From contig DATFEP010000064.1 in the NCBI GenBank assembly GCA_035250975.1, positions 1-64,000 of the forward strand: a stretch of 64,000 nt of DNA. The letters run 5' to 3'. This DNA comes from Nitrososphaeraceae archaeon. GTDB taxonomy: Archaea > Thermoproteota > Nitrososphaeria > Nitrososphaerales > Nitrososphaeraceae. Below, piece after piece: positions 40,546-51,577 of this stretch (its first letter is position 1; every line of letters begins with the position of its first letter). The notes below the pieces were generated by a model, which did no database searches, was not told where the DNA came from, and saw nothing but the letters and a program-made list of their open reading frames with translations. A program made the position numbers and the translations under genes.

Positions 40546-42330
40546 ATGAAAACAAATATTGAATTATCTAAATTATTTCGTAAAATAGCTTATTTAATGC
40601 AAGTAGATCATGATACCGGAAAAGATCCAAATGCAAAGTTTAAAATCAGAGCATATCTCAGAGCGGCAGAAACAATTGAAAATTTATCTATAGATTTGGA
40701 AGAAATATACCAAAAAAATGCTATTAAGGGATTAGTAAGCATCCCTTCTATAGGAAAGGCAATCGCTTTAAAAATAGAAGAATACATTAAAAATGGAAAA
40801 ATTCAGTTTTTTGAAGAATTAACAACAAGAATTCCCATAAATATAGATGAATTCTATGATCTAGAAGGAATTGGCATAGGTCCAAAAACCGTGAAAACGC
40901 TTTACGAGAATTTGAATGTCAGAACATTAGAAGATTTGGAGCATTATGCCAAATATGGAGAATTGAGAAAAGTAAAGGGCTTTTCTATTAAAAAGGAAGA
41001 ATCAATTTTGAAAAAAATTAAATCACTAAAAAACGTTAACAAAAAGAGATACCTTCTTGGAGATATTTATCCCATTGCAAAAACTATAGAGAATCTCCTG
41101 AAGAAATGTAAAGATGTAAAAAAAGTAGCAATTACAGGTTCATTTAGAAGAATGAAAGAAACTATAGGTGATATCGATTTTCTAGTAGAATCTGATAATC
41201 CTGATCATGTTATTGAATATTTTATCTCTCTGCCACAAATGGAGCAAATAATCGCAAAAGGTGAAACGAAGGTATTTGGAAGACTGGTTAACGGGATCGA
41301 TACCGACCTATTGGTGGTGCAAAAGAACAGTTTTGGATCTGCATTGCAATATTTTACTGGAAATAAAGAACATAACATAGAGTTAAGAAAAATTGCACTA
41401 ACAAAAAAAAATAGACTTAATGAATGGGGTCTTTTTAAAAGTAATGGAGAAAAAATAGCAGGTACAAATGAAGAAGAAATTTACAATAATCTGGGACTTA
41501 CTTGGATTCCCCCAGAATTGAGAGAAAACCATGGAGAGATCGAAATTTCCTCTGAATATTTCTCCAGAAATGAATTCATCTCGAATCTGGTAGAATACGG
41601 ATCTCTAAAAGGCGATTTACAAGTTCATACAAAATCATCTGATGGTACAAAATCTATAGAAGAGATGAGCGCTTCAGCCAGAGATGAATTTGGATTAAAC
41701 TACATAGCAATTACAGACCACACTAAGAGCTTAAAGATAGCGAATGGATTAGATGAAAATAGATTAATAAATCAAATAGAAGAGATAAATGAAATTAATG
41801 ATAATTTAAAAGAAAAAAATTCAAACAATAGTTTTAAAATTCTTTCATCTACTGAAGTAGAAATATTAAAGGATGGATCATTAGACATGAAAAACAGCAT
41901 CCTAGAAAACTTAGATATAGTAGGTGCATCGATTCATTCTAATTTTCGCCTTCCCTCCGAAGATCAAACAAAGAGAGTAATTGCTGCATTAAAAAATCCT
42001 CATGTAGACATATTATTCCATCCAACTGGTCGTATAATCAATAAGAGAGAGGGGTATGATATTGACATAGATAAAGTGATAGAAGTTGCTAAAGATACAA
42101 AAACTGTTCTTGAGATTAACGCCCACTATAATAGACTTGATTTAAAGGATGAATACGTTAGAAAGGCTATCAATAATAATGTTAAACTTGCCATTAATTC
42201 AGATGCACATCATCCACTTCATTTTTCTTTTTTAGTCTTCGGAATCGGTCAGGCAAGGAGAGGATGGGCAAAGCAATCTGACATAATTAATACATTACCA
42301 GTAAATGAAATGCTTCGAAATTTAAAATGA
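40546..42330 (+). CDS. polX: DNA polymerase X / PHP 3'-5' exonuclease
   Basis: HhH GIGPKT, GSFRR.KETIGDID, QYFTG, NEWGLF, IPPELRE; PHP motifs TDH, HPTGR, NSDAH. Confidence 0.93.
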   Translation: MKTNIELSKLFRKIAYLMQVDHDTGKDPNAKFKIRAYLRAAETIENLSIDLEEIYQKNAIKGLVSIPSIGKAIALKIEEYIKNGKIQFFEELTTRIPINIDEFYDLEGIGIGPKTVKTLYENLNVRTLEDLEHYAKYGELRKVKGFSIKKEESILKKIKSLKNVNKKRYLLGDIYPIAKTIENLLKKCKDVKKVAITGSFRRMKETIGDIDFLVESDNPDHVIEYFISLPQMEQIIAKGETKVFGRLVNGIDTDLLVVQKNSFGSALQYFTGNKEHNIELRKIALTKKNRLNEWGLFKSNGEKIAGTNEEEIYNNLGLTWIPPELRENHGEIEISSEYFSRNEFISNLVEYGSLKGDLQVHTKSSDGTKSIEEMSASARDEFGLNYIAITDHTKSLKIANGLDENRLINQIEEINEINDNLKEKNSNNSFKILSSTEVEILKDGSLDMKNSILENLDIVGASIHSNFRLPSEDQTKRVIAALKNPHVDILFHPTGRIINKREGYDIDIDKVIEVAKDTKTVLEINAHYNRLDLKDEYVRKAINNNVKLAINSDAHHPLHFSFLVFGIGQARRGWAKQSDIINTLPVNEMLRNLK

Positions 42331-42570
42331 AAAATATGGATTTTTATTTTAAAATTTCTTATTAATAAAAATTAGATAGATATAGAATTTTAAAAAATAT
42401 AAATACATATCTTGTGCGAGTATTCTCAATTTTGTATCAAAGAATAATTCATTAAGAAAAAAAATTCTTGAAAATATTGATTTTATTGACTATTAAAAAG
42501 AAAGAAAGAAAGAAATAAAAACAATCTTAAAGTATTTAAATACAAATTACAATATTAACGAATATAATAA

Positions 42571-43047
42571 ATGACAGAGGATAAAGAGACTATAGGAACC
42601 ATTTTAGTTCCGCATGATGGAACAGAGATGTCTGATAAGGCCCTCAAGAAAGCAGAATTACTCTCAAGAGCTTCAGGTTCTCAAATTATCGTTATACATG
42701 TTATTGATGACAGATTTATAGCTTCTAGCGATGCAGTGAGATTTATCAAGGATAAGACGTCATTAGAAAATGCAAAGGTACAATTAATAAAAAGTTTAAG
42801 AGAAGGCGCTGAATACATGTTGAAAAATAAAATTGACTATTTCAAGGAAAGAAATACAACGATAACATCTGTTTTGACCGTTGGCTCACCAGCTGATCAA
42901 ATTCTACAGACGGCAAAGGAAAAAAATGTAGGTCTAATTATCATTGGTAGTAGAAGATTTGAAGGAAATGAGAAGGTAAAATTGTTAGGTAGTGTTGCAC
43001 GAAAAGTATCCGAGTTATCTTCATGTCCTGTATTAATAGTTCATTAA
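42571..43047 (+). CDS. universal stress protein
   Basis: ILVPHDG, GSPA, LLGSVARKV..CPVLIV. Confidence 0.9.
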   Translation: MTEDKETIGTILVPHDGTEMSDKALKKAELLSRASGSQIIVIHVIDDRFIASSDAVRFIKDKTSLENAKVQLIKSLREGAEYMLKNKIDYFKERNTTITSVLTVGSPADQILQTAKEKNVGLIIIGSRRFEGNEKVKLLGSVARKVSELSSCPVLIVH

Positions 43048-43147
43048 AAATTTTGAGGCTAGGAACATAAATATTATCTATTTTATTGACCTAAATTTGT
43101 TTTTTTAACCAATTAAAAAGAACATTATGTTGACTATTCGAAATTCA

Positions 43148-44548
43148 TTATACAGATTTTGAAAGATTAGATGCTACAATATTCATTGGCTCCCACACTG
43201 GTGAAATTGGTGGCACATAACAGGCATCATAACTCGAAAGATCGTTAATAGTGGCTTTTTTTAATAAAGCTAATGCAACGACATCTATCCTTCCCTTTAC
43301 TCCTTCGCCGCCTATAATTTGAGCTCCTAAAATTTGTTCAGTCTTTTTATCGGCTACAATTTTAATCGAAATTGATTTACTATCAGGATAATATCCAGCT
43401 TTAGTAATACTGTTTATAGATGTTTCAACTGGATCAAAACCATTATTTCTAGCTTCTTCTGTACTAAGACCTGTTTTTCCTATAAATAAACCAAATGTCT
43501 TTGTGATAGCACTGCCTGCAATTCCCCGAAAAATTGCCTTACCGCCTGCAGAGTTCTCTCCAGCTACTCGTCCCTGTTTGTTAGCAGTAGTCCCCAAGGG
43601 AAGATAAGTATCCTTACCAGTAACATAATTTTCTGCTGTAGCACAGTCCCCCGCTGCAAAAATATTTGAAATGTTGGTTTGCATGTATCTATCAACCTTT
43701 ATAGCTTTATTAATTCCGAGTTTTATTCCAGCATCTGAAGCTATCTCACTATTTGGTTTAACACCGGTCCCAAAAACCAAAAAATCAGATAAGATGGTTT
43801 TGCCTTTATTTGTTACAACCCCGTGAAAATTTTGATTGCCTAAAATTTTTTCCACTCTTTCTCCTAGTATTAATTTTATTCCATTATTTTCCAATTCCTG
43901 TTTAACAATATATGACATGTCTGTGTCTATTATTTTAGGCAATATTGAATTACCCGATCCAACAAGTGTTACTTCCAAACCTTGTTTTTTAAATGATTCA
44001 ACTATTTCAACACCTATTAGACCAGCTCCGACTACTAAACATGAATCTGGACGGTTATTTTCTAAAAATCTTTTTATCGCTATCCCATCATTCAAAGTTC
44101 GTAACGTAAAGATTCCGCTATTGATGTTTTGTATCCCTTGCAATGATGGTATAGTAGCACTGGCCCCTGTTGCGATAACGAGAGAATCATAAGCTATTAT
44201 TTTATTATCTTCTATATTTTTAGATACATAATCTCTAACAATTATTTGCTTTTTAGACGGTAATATTTTCAATGCTGACGTGTTTAGCAAAATATTGATA
44301 CCATATTTACTTTGGAATTCTTGAGCTGGTCTAGCAATCAGTTCTGAAAAATCATCGATTATTCCTTCCAGAACGTAAGGAAGTCCACAGGAACCATAAG
44401 ACACAATTGGTTCTTGTTGTATTATTGTAATATTGGCATCAGGATTAATCCTTTTTGCTTTTGATGCTGCACTAGTTCCTGCGGCAACACCACCTATAAT
44501 GACTATATCTTTTGGTTTCTTATTTCCAATACCAGAAAATTTGGTCAT
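43148..44548 (-). CDS. CoA-disulfide reductase / NADH oxidase family flavoprotein
   Basis: GGVAAG, SYGSCGLPY with a single redox Cys, GAGLIGVE, AAGDC, PLGTTANKQG, YVPP. Confidence 0.88.
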   Translation of the reverse strand: MTKFSGIGNKKPKDIVIIGGVAAGTSAASKAKRINPDANITIIQQEPIVSYGSCGLPYVLEGIIDDFSELIARPAQEFQSKYGINILLNTSALKILPSKKQIIVRDYVSKNIEDNKIIAYDSLVIATGASATIPSLQGIQNINSGIFTLRTLNDGIAIKRFLENNRPDSCLVVGAGLIGVEIVESFKKQGLEVTLVGSGNSILPKIIDTDMSYIVKQELENNGIKLILGERVEKILGNQNFHGVVTNKGKTILSDFLVFGTGVKPNSEIASDAGIKLGINKAIKVDRYMQTNISNIFAAGDCATAENYVTGKDTYLPLGTTANKQGRVAGENSAGGKAIFRGIAGSAITKTFGLFIGKTGLSTEEARNNGFDPVETSINSITKAGYYPDSKSISIKIVADKKTEQILGAQIIGGEGVKGRIDVVALALLKKATINDLSSYDACYVPPISPVWEPMNIVASNLSKSV

Positions 44549-45037
44549 AAGGGCATTAATATTTTAACATATTAAAGAATAGATCTATCGCATAATTCAA
44601 AGGTAATCAAAATATCAAAAGAATTAAACTATTAATGAAAGTTTTATAAATTTAATAGTATTATTTTCTTGAACCAAGTTCCTGTATCTAAAACTTTACA
44701 CAGTTACTAATATGCCTTAGCTCTTATGCATTAGTTCTAACATATGGTTTTGAATAACTTGAGTATTTTTTTAAAAAGGGGATATAGTATTTGATATCAA
44801 ATAGGGACCATAGGTACATCAATTAACTAAATTAATTTAGTTAGATATGTAAATGATCAATCTAAAAAATTGTTTGAAACACTTATAGAGTAAAGATTCT
44901 TTATATCTTAAAAGATACCTAGATGTCAACACATTAAATGATAAAATATCTAATTATTAAGTGATATCAAATAAATGATTTGTATTTTCAAATAAATCAG
45001 AATCATCCTATTGACAAAAAGGAAAAACGTTACGTTA

Positions 45038-45493
45038 CTACAGATTTTCTAGTAACATATATCTTGACATGGCCATTAAGACAGGATCCTTTGGTTCTTT
45101 TTCGCACATTTTTCTTCCAATGTCTCCAGAGGTAACTATACCATATAATGTATTATCCCTTACTACAGGAAGTCTTCTAATGCGATATTTTGTCATTATC
45201 CTTGCAATTTGATCCATGTACGTCTCGGGAGCTATCGTAATTAATGGTTGTGACATTACTTCCTGTGCGCTCGTAGTTTTAGGATCTTTATTTTTACTCA
45301 CTACCCTTCTGACTATATCTCTTTCTGTGATTATTCCTACAGGACGATCTTTTTCTGTTATTATTATACAACCAACGTTCTTTAGAGTCATTTTTTGAGT
45401 GATATCATAAATATTGTTTGTTACCTCTGCAGTTTCTAGTGGAATTGATGTCATTACCGACTCGATAGCAACTTTGTTATAGTTATTGCTCAT
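45038..45493 (-). CDS. CBS-domain protein
   Basis: GIITERD, IRRLPVV, GIVT; ATG at 45493 preferred. Confidence 0.9.
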   Translation of the reverse strand: MSNNYNKVAIESVMTSIPLETAEVTNNIYDITQKMTLKNVGCIIITEKDRPVGIITERDIVRRVVSKNKDPKTTSAQEVMSQPLITIAPETYMDQIARIMTKYRIRRLPVVRDNTLYGIVTSGDIGRKMCEKEPKDPVLMAMSRYMLLENL

Positions 45494-45701
45494 ATGTCGT
45501 TTAAAAAAAATTATCGCTTTTATGTAATTGGTGTGCAATGCATTACAGAGTACTATGGTAAAAATAGTAAAGAGGATAGACATTTTAGCATAATACAATA
45601 TTCCTAGACATCCTCAAAGCTGAATAATATTATCTTCTGTTATCCTATACATATTACTAGTTCTAAAAAAGTTAAATCCTGGAACTGACATTTTACGATA
45701 G

Positions 45702-46976
45702 TTGTTTTCACGCAGATTCCGTAATCTGGGACCTGGGATTATTACAGGTGCTGCAGATGATGATCCATCTGGAATAGCAACTTATTCCCAAGCAGGAGCT
45801 CAATTTGGACTTGGTTTAGCTTGGACTCCTATTTTCTTCCTTCCATTGTTATTTGCCATCCAGGAAATATGTGCTAGGATAGGTTTGGTTTCCGGTACTG
45901 GTATTATTTCATTAATGAAAAAAAAGTATCCTAAAAAACTGATTTATCCATTAATATCTTTGCTAGCTATCGCAAATACCATTAATCTAGGTGCAGATTT
46001 AAATGCTATAGGAGCTTCGGCAAATCTCATCATACCCGGGATTCCCATATTTTTCTATACTTTATTTTTTACGTTGTTTATTTTGATTACTGAAATTTTT
46101 GTTTCCTATATACGGTATGTTAGAATTCTAAAGTATCTTACATTATCTTTACTATGTTATTTTATAACAGCTATTATTGTTGGAGGTAATTGGAATCAAA
46201 TCTTTCTGTCTACCATTACTCCCAATATCGAATTTAATAAAGAATTCATAATGATGTTTGTGGCATTATGCGGGACAACTTTATCTCCATATCTTTTCTT
46301 TTGGCAAACCTCTGAAGAAGCAGAAGAAGATGTAGTCCATAAAAAAATAAAAGAAATAGGCAAAGGAAAACCAAAAATTTCCAAGCAAGATATCAAAGCA
46401 ATGAGAAAGGATATCTTTGTGGGAATGGCATTTTCAGTTTTTATTATGTGGTCAATTATAGTTACTGCTGCAGGTAGTCTTAACCTTCATGGGATAACAA
46501 ATATTCAAACTGCGGATCAAGCAGCACAGGCGTTAGAACCCCTAGTCCAAACGTTTCCTAATTCCGGGTTTATTGCGAAAATCATATTTGCAATAGGAAT
46601 AATCGGGACTGGATTATTAGCTATACCTGTTTTAGCAAGTTCCACGGCGTATGCTTTTTCGGATACATTTGGGTGGACAGAAGGATTAAGTAAGAAGTTT
46701 AAGCAAGCAAAATCATTCTATCTTACCATTGTAATTTCTACAATTATTGGCTTGTTTTTTAATTTCAGTGGAATTGAGCCAATAAAAGCATTAATATATG
46801 CTGCTATAATAAATGGAGTAATTTCTATTCCTATACTAGTCATCATAATGAAAATTTCAAATGATAAAAAATTACTTGGTCAAAATGTAAATGGAAAAAT
46901 TTCTAATACTATTGGTGTCTTAACAATGGTTATAATGACAATTCCAGTTATTTTTATGATATTAACATCAATTTAA
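45702..46976 (+). CDS. Nramp-related divalent metal transporter
   Basis: GPGIITGAADDDPSGIATYSQAGA, GTTLSPYLFFWQ; about 11 TM segments. Confidence 0.88.
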   Translation: MFSRRFRNLGPGIITGAADDDPSGIATYSQAGAQFGLGLAWTPIFFLPLLFAIQEICARIGLVSGTGIISLMKKKYPKKLIYPLISLLAIANTINLGADLNAIGASANLIIPGIPIFFYTLFFTLFILITEIFVSYIRYVRILKYLTLSLLCYFITAIIVGGNWNQIFLSTITPNIEFNKEFIMMFVALCGTTLSPYLFFWQTSEEAEEDVVHKKIKEIGKGKPKISKQDIKAMRKDIFVGMAFSVFIMWSIIVTAAGSLNLHGITNIQTADQAAQALEPLVQTFPNSGFIAKIIFAIGIIGTGLLAIPVLASSTAYAFSDTFGWTEGLSKKFKQAKSFYLTIVISTIIGLFFNFSGIEPIKALIYAAIINGVISIPILVIIMKISNDKKLLGQNVNGKISNTIGVLTMVIMTIPVIFMILTSI

Positions 46977-47139
46977 TTTTCTTCTGAAATTTCTTTCATT
47001 GTCTTCAAATCATCTAGTTATATGGATTGGATTATTTGTTTATAACAAGAATAACGGTAGTGATTCGAATTTCATATTAACAGTAAATTATCAAATATAT
47101 CTATTTTTGTAATAGTAAACAAATTATTTATAAAAAAAA

Positions 47140-47994
47140 TTAGGAAATGACTTTTACTGTAAATTCATCGAATATTTCTTGTTCTGGAACTTTGCTACCT
47201 ATAGCATTTATTTCCGCCCTTAATGTGTAATCACCATCAGGTAGCGGAGTAATGATGTGGTACGCTCCAGTTATAGGGTCAGTAAAGTCGGGCCCATATA
47301 AACTGGTCTGGTTGCCTTCAGAAGATACTAGTTCTATTTGAAAAACACTACCAAGCGAGAAGAATGATTTCGAAAATACTGGTGTGTCATCTTTGAATAT
47401 AGAAATTTCATAAGTTAATGGAGTAGTGTCATCTACCTTCACTGTAGTGGGTTCAAAGTTAATCAATACACGATCATTTTTGGATTTATCAAATTCCCAT
47501 GTAAACTGCGTATCATTTGATTTCAAACCCATGCCTGCACTAACCTTAAAGTCAAATCCAAGTTCGGATGCAGGACTCACATACACAGTCCCCTTGAGTG
47601 AAGGATTAACGGTGTCATGATATTCATAGAGACCCGCCTTATCAAAGGTATGTAAGAAGAAAGAAGTATAAGGGATTATTCCAGAATTGAACTCTTTCCC
47701 TGAATCTGGGGACTTTGGAGAACCGCTTGTCACTGTATGTGGTTGTCCAGGATCGTCATTAAACCAAGCGATAGTTGTTCCGATTGGAATCGCTATATTT
47801 TTTGGATAATAGTTTATCGTACTATTCTTTTGTGCTGCTCCGGCAACTATGTCTACGATGTATGTCGCCTGAACTCCTTTAGGAGATGAAATTGGCGACT
47901 CACCGAATTGACCAAGAGCTGTATTTGTTGGAATGGTAAGCAATCCGATAAATATAGGTACCACAATAAATAAGGTGCGTGTATTTTTATTCAT
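47140..47994 (-). CDS. exported cupredoxin-fold protein with a degenerate type-1 Cu site
   Basis: Signal peptide; GTTIAWFNDD..PHTVTSG, FNSG, FDKAGLYEY..KGTVYV plastocyanin-like scaffold. Confidence 0.78.
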   Translation of the reverse strand: MNKNTRTLFIVVPIFIGLLTIPTNTALGQFGESPISSPKGVQATYIVDIVAGAAQKNSTINYYPKNIAIPIGTTIAWFNDDPGQPHTVTSGSPKSPDSGKEFNSGIIPYTSFFLHTFDKAGLYEYHDTVNPSLKGTVYVSPASELGFDFKVSAGMGLKSNDTQFTWEFDKSKNDRVLINFEPTTVKVDDTTPLTYEISIFKDDTPVFSKSFFSLGSVFQIELVSSEGNQTSLYGPDFTDPITGAYHIITPLPDGDYTLRAEINAIGSKVPEQEIFDEFTVKVIS

Positions 47995-48063
47995 TAATAT
48001 AGAACAATTGCTATTATTTATTAATGTAGATCTACGCTTTGAAATGAATTTAAATGAAATTTA

Positions 48064-48440
48064 GAGCCTATCACAAAAATTATCCTCATTCAAACAATTA
48101 TACTACTTTCCAACTGTACAAGACGAAATAGTTCTCCCTTCCTTTCAGACCTCGTAAATAATTTCCTGAATTCGTTATGCTATGAATGTTCTCAATTACC
48201 CATTTTCTTGCTTCATGGTATCGCCTGCAGATTTTCTTATCTTCTGTTATACAATGCATATGTGGGACGTATCCCTTGCTGATAATTGCTTGTTCTACTT
48301 CTTTAGAATGATGTTCTTTATTAAGATGTAGATTTTGATTTTTACTTTCTGTCTTTTGTTATTGATGATAACTGTTGTTTTAAAACAATATTACCAATTG
48401 TATCCTTTGCAACTGCTTTGTTGTACAATTATGAAAATCG
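48064..48440 (-). mobile_element. decayed IS5-family transposase remnant with a candidate right terminal inverted repeat
   Basis: Minus-strand translation across frameshifts gives QNLHLNKEHHSKEVEQAIISKGYVPH...ARKWVIENIHS / NEFRKLFTRSERK / ENYF / LVQL..II, the IS5 C-terminal pattern. It ends at GAGCCTATCACAAAA (48064-48078) next to TTA. The far boundary is approximate. Confidence 0.75.
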
Positions 48441-48765
48441 ATAATATGATACAAAATTGTAACAGGAATAAATTATCAAAATAATTTCATTGTATGATAG
48501 TAAATTCAATTTGGAATTCACATATCTGAGGCAATAAGCATCTTTAGCACAAAATTTTGCCTTTTTGCTAGTCGCAAAATGTGGAAAATCTATAGTTTTA
48601 TATAGACAATTGGATGAGGTTGTTTAATCACCTCTACAATACATCGATTAAAGCAAAATTCCATTTAAAATAAGAGGTGAAATAGTCTGAAGTTGGCAGG
48701 TTTTATTCTAATCAAAAATATTCAGATCGACATTTGACGTGGTCGTTAAAAATAGAAATCTAATA

Positions 48766-51294
48766 TTACATTTTTACCCATTTATAAAAGAGCCACTTTG
48801 TTACTTCAGCCATAAGTACATACGCTAATACAATTATTCCTATACTAAGATAGAAAGTTAAAGGGATAACAACAAATCCAAATATTGAACCAACAGGAGT
48901 AAGAGGAATAGCAAGAACAAAAATATTAACTATTAAAGTTGTAATTAACAAAAATTTTCCAGGAGTACTTTTCATTAATGGTTTTTTACTTCTGATAATT
49001 AAAACTACAAGTGAAGCCGAAATAACGGATTCCATAAACCATGTAGTTCTAAATTGTTCTATGTTTGCGTGTAAAATATTTAGTAGTACAATAAAGGTCA
49101 GAAAATCAAAAAGAGTACTTAAAAAACCAAATACCAGCATGAATTTACGAATAAATTTAAGATCCCAATGCCTGGGAACTTCTAATATTTCCTTGTCTAC
49201 ATTATCTGTCGATATTGTCATTTCTGGAAAGTCTGTCATCAAGTTGGTAAGAAGTATCTGTTTTGGCAAAAGTGGAAGGAATGTCAGAAATAACGATACA
49301 CCAGCCATACTAAACATATTTCCAAAATTAGCACTTGTTGCCATGAAAACATACTTCATTGTATTTGCAAAGGTTCTACGTCCTTCCATTATCCCATCTA
49401 TGAGAACGCTAATATCTTTTTCAAGCAAAACAATATCTGCTGTCTCTTTAAGAACGTCTGTGGATTTATCAACAGAGATTCCTACGTCTGCTGAATGAAT
49501 CGCTGCTGCATCATTTACTCCATCGCCTAGATAACCTACTATATTTCCAGATTTCCTTAATGCCAAGATTATTTGTTCCTTTTGAGCAGGTTCAATTTCT
49601 GCGAAGATGTTCACTTTTCTCACTTTTCTTGTTAGTGACTCGGGCGTCATATGAGAGATCTCTGAGCCTGTCAAGATTTCAGATTTGGATATTAGACCGA
49701 TCTGTTTACCTAAGTGAGATGTGACATAAAGATTGTCTCCACTAATTATTTTGAGTGAAACTTTTAATTTTTTAAGTTTTTTTATAGATTCTACTATCCC
49801 TGGTTTTATTGGATCAAAAAATACTAGAAATCCCAAAAAAATCATGTCTCTTTCATAATCTTTGTTGATTATTGAAATATCCACATCATTACGATATGCT
49901 AGACCAAGTATTCGAAGACCTTGTAAACTTAACTCCTCAAATTGTTTTTGCAATGAGTCTTTAAGAACAGCTAATTCTATTATTTTTTCACCAGTCACTT
50001 CTGCTTTAGAACATATATCGAGAATATTTTTTACAGCACCTTTTGTTATCATTATATTCTCGTTATTTTTGTAAGATACCAAAACACTTATTCGCTTACG
50101 AACAAAGTCATAAGGAATCTCATCTAACTTCTTATATGCGGATAAATCGAATTGTTTGGAACTTCTTATTGCATCATCAATTGGATTAATAAAACCACTT
50201 TCAAACGTCGAATTGAGATAGGCATAAAAAAGAACTTTGTTATTTACTCTTCCTTCTGTATCTAGAGCAAATTTAAGTTTAATATTTCCTTCGGTCAAAG
50301 TACCTGTCTTATCAGAACATAATATGTTCATGCTTCCAAGATTTTCTATAGATGCTAATTTTTTTACAATTACCTTTTTTAAACCCATTCGTTTTGCACC
50401 ATGAGACAGATTAATACTAATGATTGCAGGAAGAAGTTGTGGAGTCAGACCTATAGACAAGGCAAGGGCAAAAAGAAAAGAATCCAATACAGGACGTTCA
50501 AAGTACACATTAATCAAGAAAATGAATGAAACCAAAATGATCGTAACTTCAACCAGAAGAAAACTAAATTTTCTTACCCCTTGTTCGAATTCGGTTTCAG
50601 GAGGCTTTGTTTTGATGTGTTGAGAAAGTTTACCTATTTCAGATCTTTTGCCAGTATTTACAACTACTGCTTTTACAATCCCGCTAACAATATGTGTATC
50701 CATAAAAATACAATTTGTTCTTTCATGTAATGGTGTTTCTAGAGGTAATATTTCTTGTGACTTTTCAACTGGATAACTTTCCCCCGTAAGTGTTGACTCG
50801 TTAACAAAAAGATCTTTAGATTCAACGATAATGCAATCTGCGGGTATCCCACTCCCTGCGTTAAGAACAACCAAATCTCCAGGTACAATTTGTCTAGTAG
50901 AGATACTTAGTTCTTTTCCATCTCGTATTACACTCGTCTTTAATTGTACCATTTCTAATAATTTTTTTATTATATTTGATGCTCTTCTTTCTTGTAAAAA
51001 TGCAAGAATAGTACTTATGAATAAAATAATGAAAATTATTATCGCATCGTTAAAATTTCCAAGAAATAATGATAAACCTGTAGCAAATATTAGTAATAAG
51101 ATGATAGAATTTTTAAATTGACACAATAACAAACGAAATGTCCCCGTCTTATTATTAGAATCAATGATATTTGGACCGTATATTTCTAGTCTAGACTGGG
51201 CCTCTCCTGAACTCAATCCATTACTACCAGTTTGAAGGTTGTCAAAAATCTCGTTTGTTGCTAAAGACCAGAATTTGTCTTCTATTTTATGCAT
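48766..51294 (-). CDS. mgtA: Mg2+-translocating P-type ATPase (type IIIB)
   Basis: TGES, TPQLLP, DKTGTLT, IPYDFVRKR, GDGVND, SANFGNMFS. Confidence 0.88.
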   Translation of the reverse strand: MHKIEDKFWSLATNEIFDNLQTGSNGLSSGEAQSRLEIYGPNIIDSNNKTGTFRLLLCQFKNSIILLLIFATGLSLFLGNFNDAIIIFIILFISTILAFLQERRASNIIKKLLEMVQLKTSVIRDGKELSISTRQIVPGDLVVLNAGSGIPADCIIVESKDLFVNESTLTGESYPVEKSQEILPLETPLHERTNCIFMDTHIVSGIVKAVVVNTGKRSEIGKLSQHIKTKPPETEFEQGVRKFSFLLVEVTIILVSFIFLINVYFERPVLDSFLFALALSIGLTPQLLPAIISINLSHGAKRMGLKKVIVKKLASIENLGSMNILCSDKTGTLTEGNIKLKFALDTEGRVNNKVLFYAYLNSTFESGFINPIDDAIRSSKQFDLSAYKKLDEIPYDFVRKRISVLVSYKNNENIMITKGAVKNILDICSKAEVTGEKIIELAVLKDSLQKQFEELSLQGLRILGLAYRNDVDISIINKDYERDMIFLGFLVFFDPIKPGIVESIKKLKKLKVSLKIISGDNLYVTSHLGKQIGLISKSEILTGSEISHMTPESLTRKVRKVNIFAEIEPAQKEQIILALRKSGNIVGYLGDGVNDAAAIHSADVGISVDKSTDVLKETADIVLLEKDISVLIDGIMEGRRTFANTMKYVFMATSANFGNMFSMAGVSLFLTFLPLLPKQILLTNLMTDFPEMTISTDNVDKEILEVPRHWDLKFIRKFMLVFGFLSTLFDFLTFIVLLNILHANIEQFRTTWFMESVISASLVVLIIRSKKPLMKSTPGKFLLITTLIVNIFVLAIPLTPVGSIFGFVVIPLTFYLSIGIIVLAYVLMAEVTKWLFYKWVKM

Positions 51295-51577
51295 TAGGTA
51301 AAGTTATGTTATAATTGATCTCTTTTAAGATAATCGATAGAGTATAACGCATCTTATAATACTTAAATCTCATAGTAGATTTCTCATAAATTATAGATGC
51401 CAATATTTTTCCATCTTATTTTGATTTTTCAAATAACAAATATCATAAATGACATAAACATGTTATTTCTAGAATTATAAGCGATTCGAAGTAATAGCGA
51501 ACTCATTATTGTTTTGAATTTATGATTTTGATTTTATCTTTACAAAATATATATTATTATTAATTCTATTACTTGTA

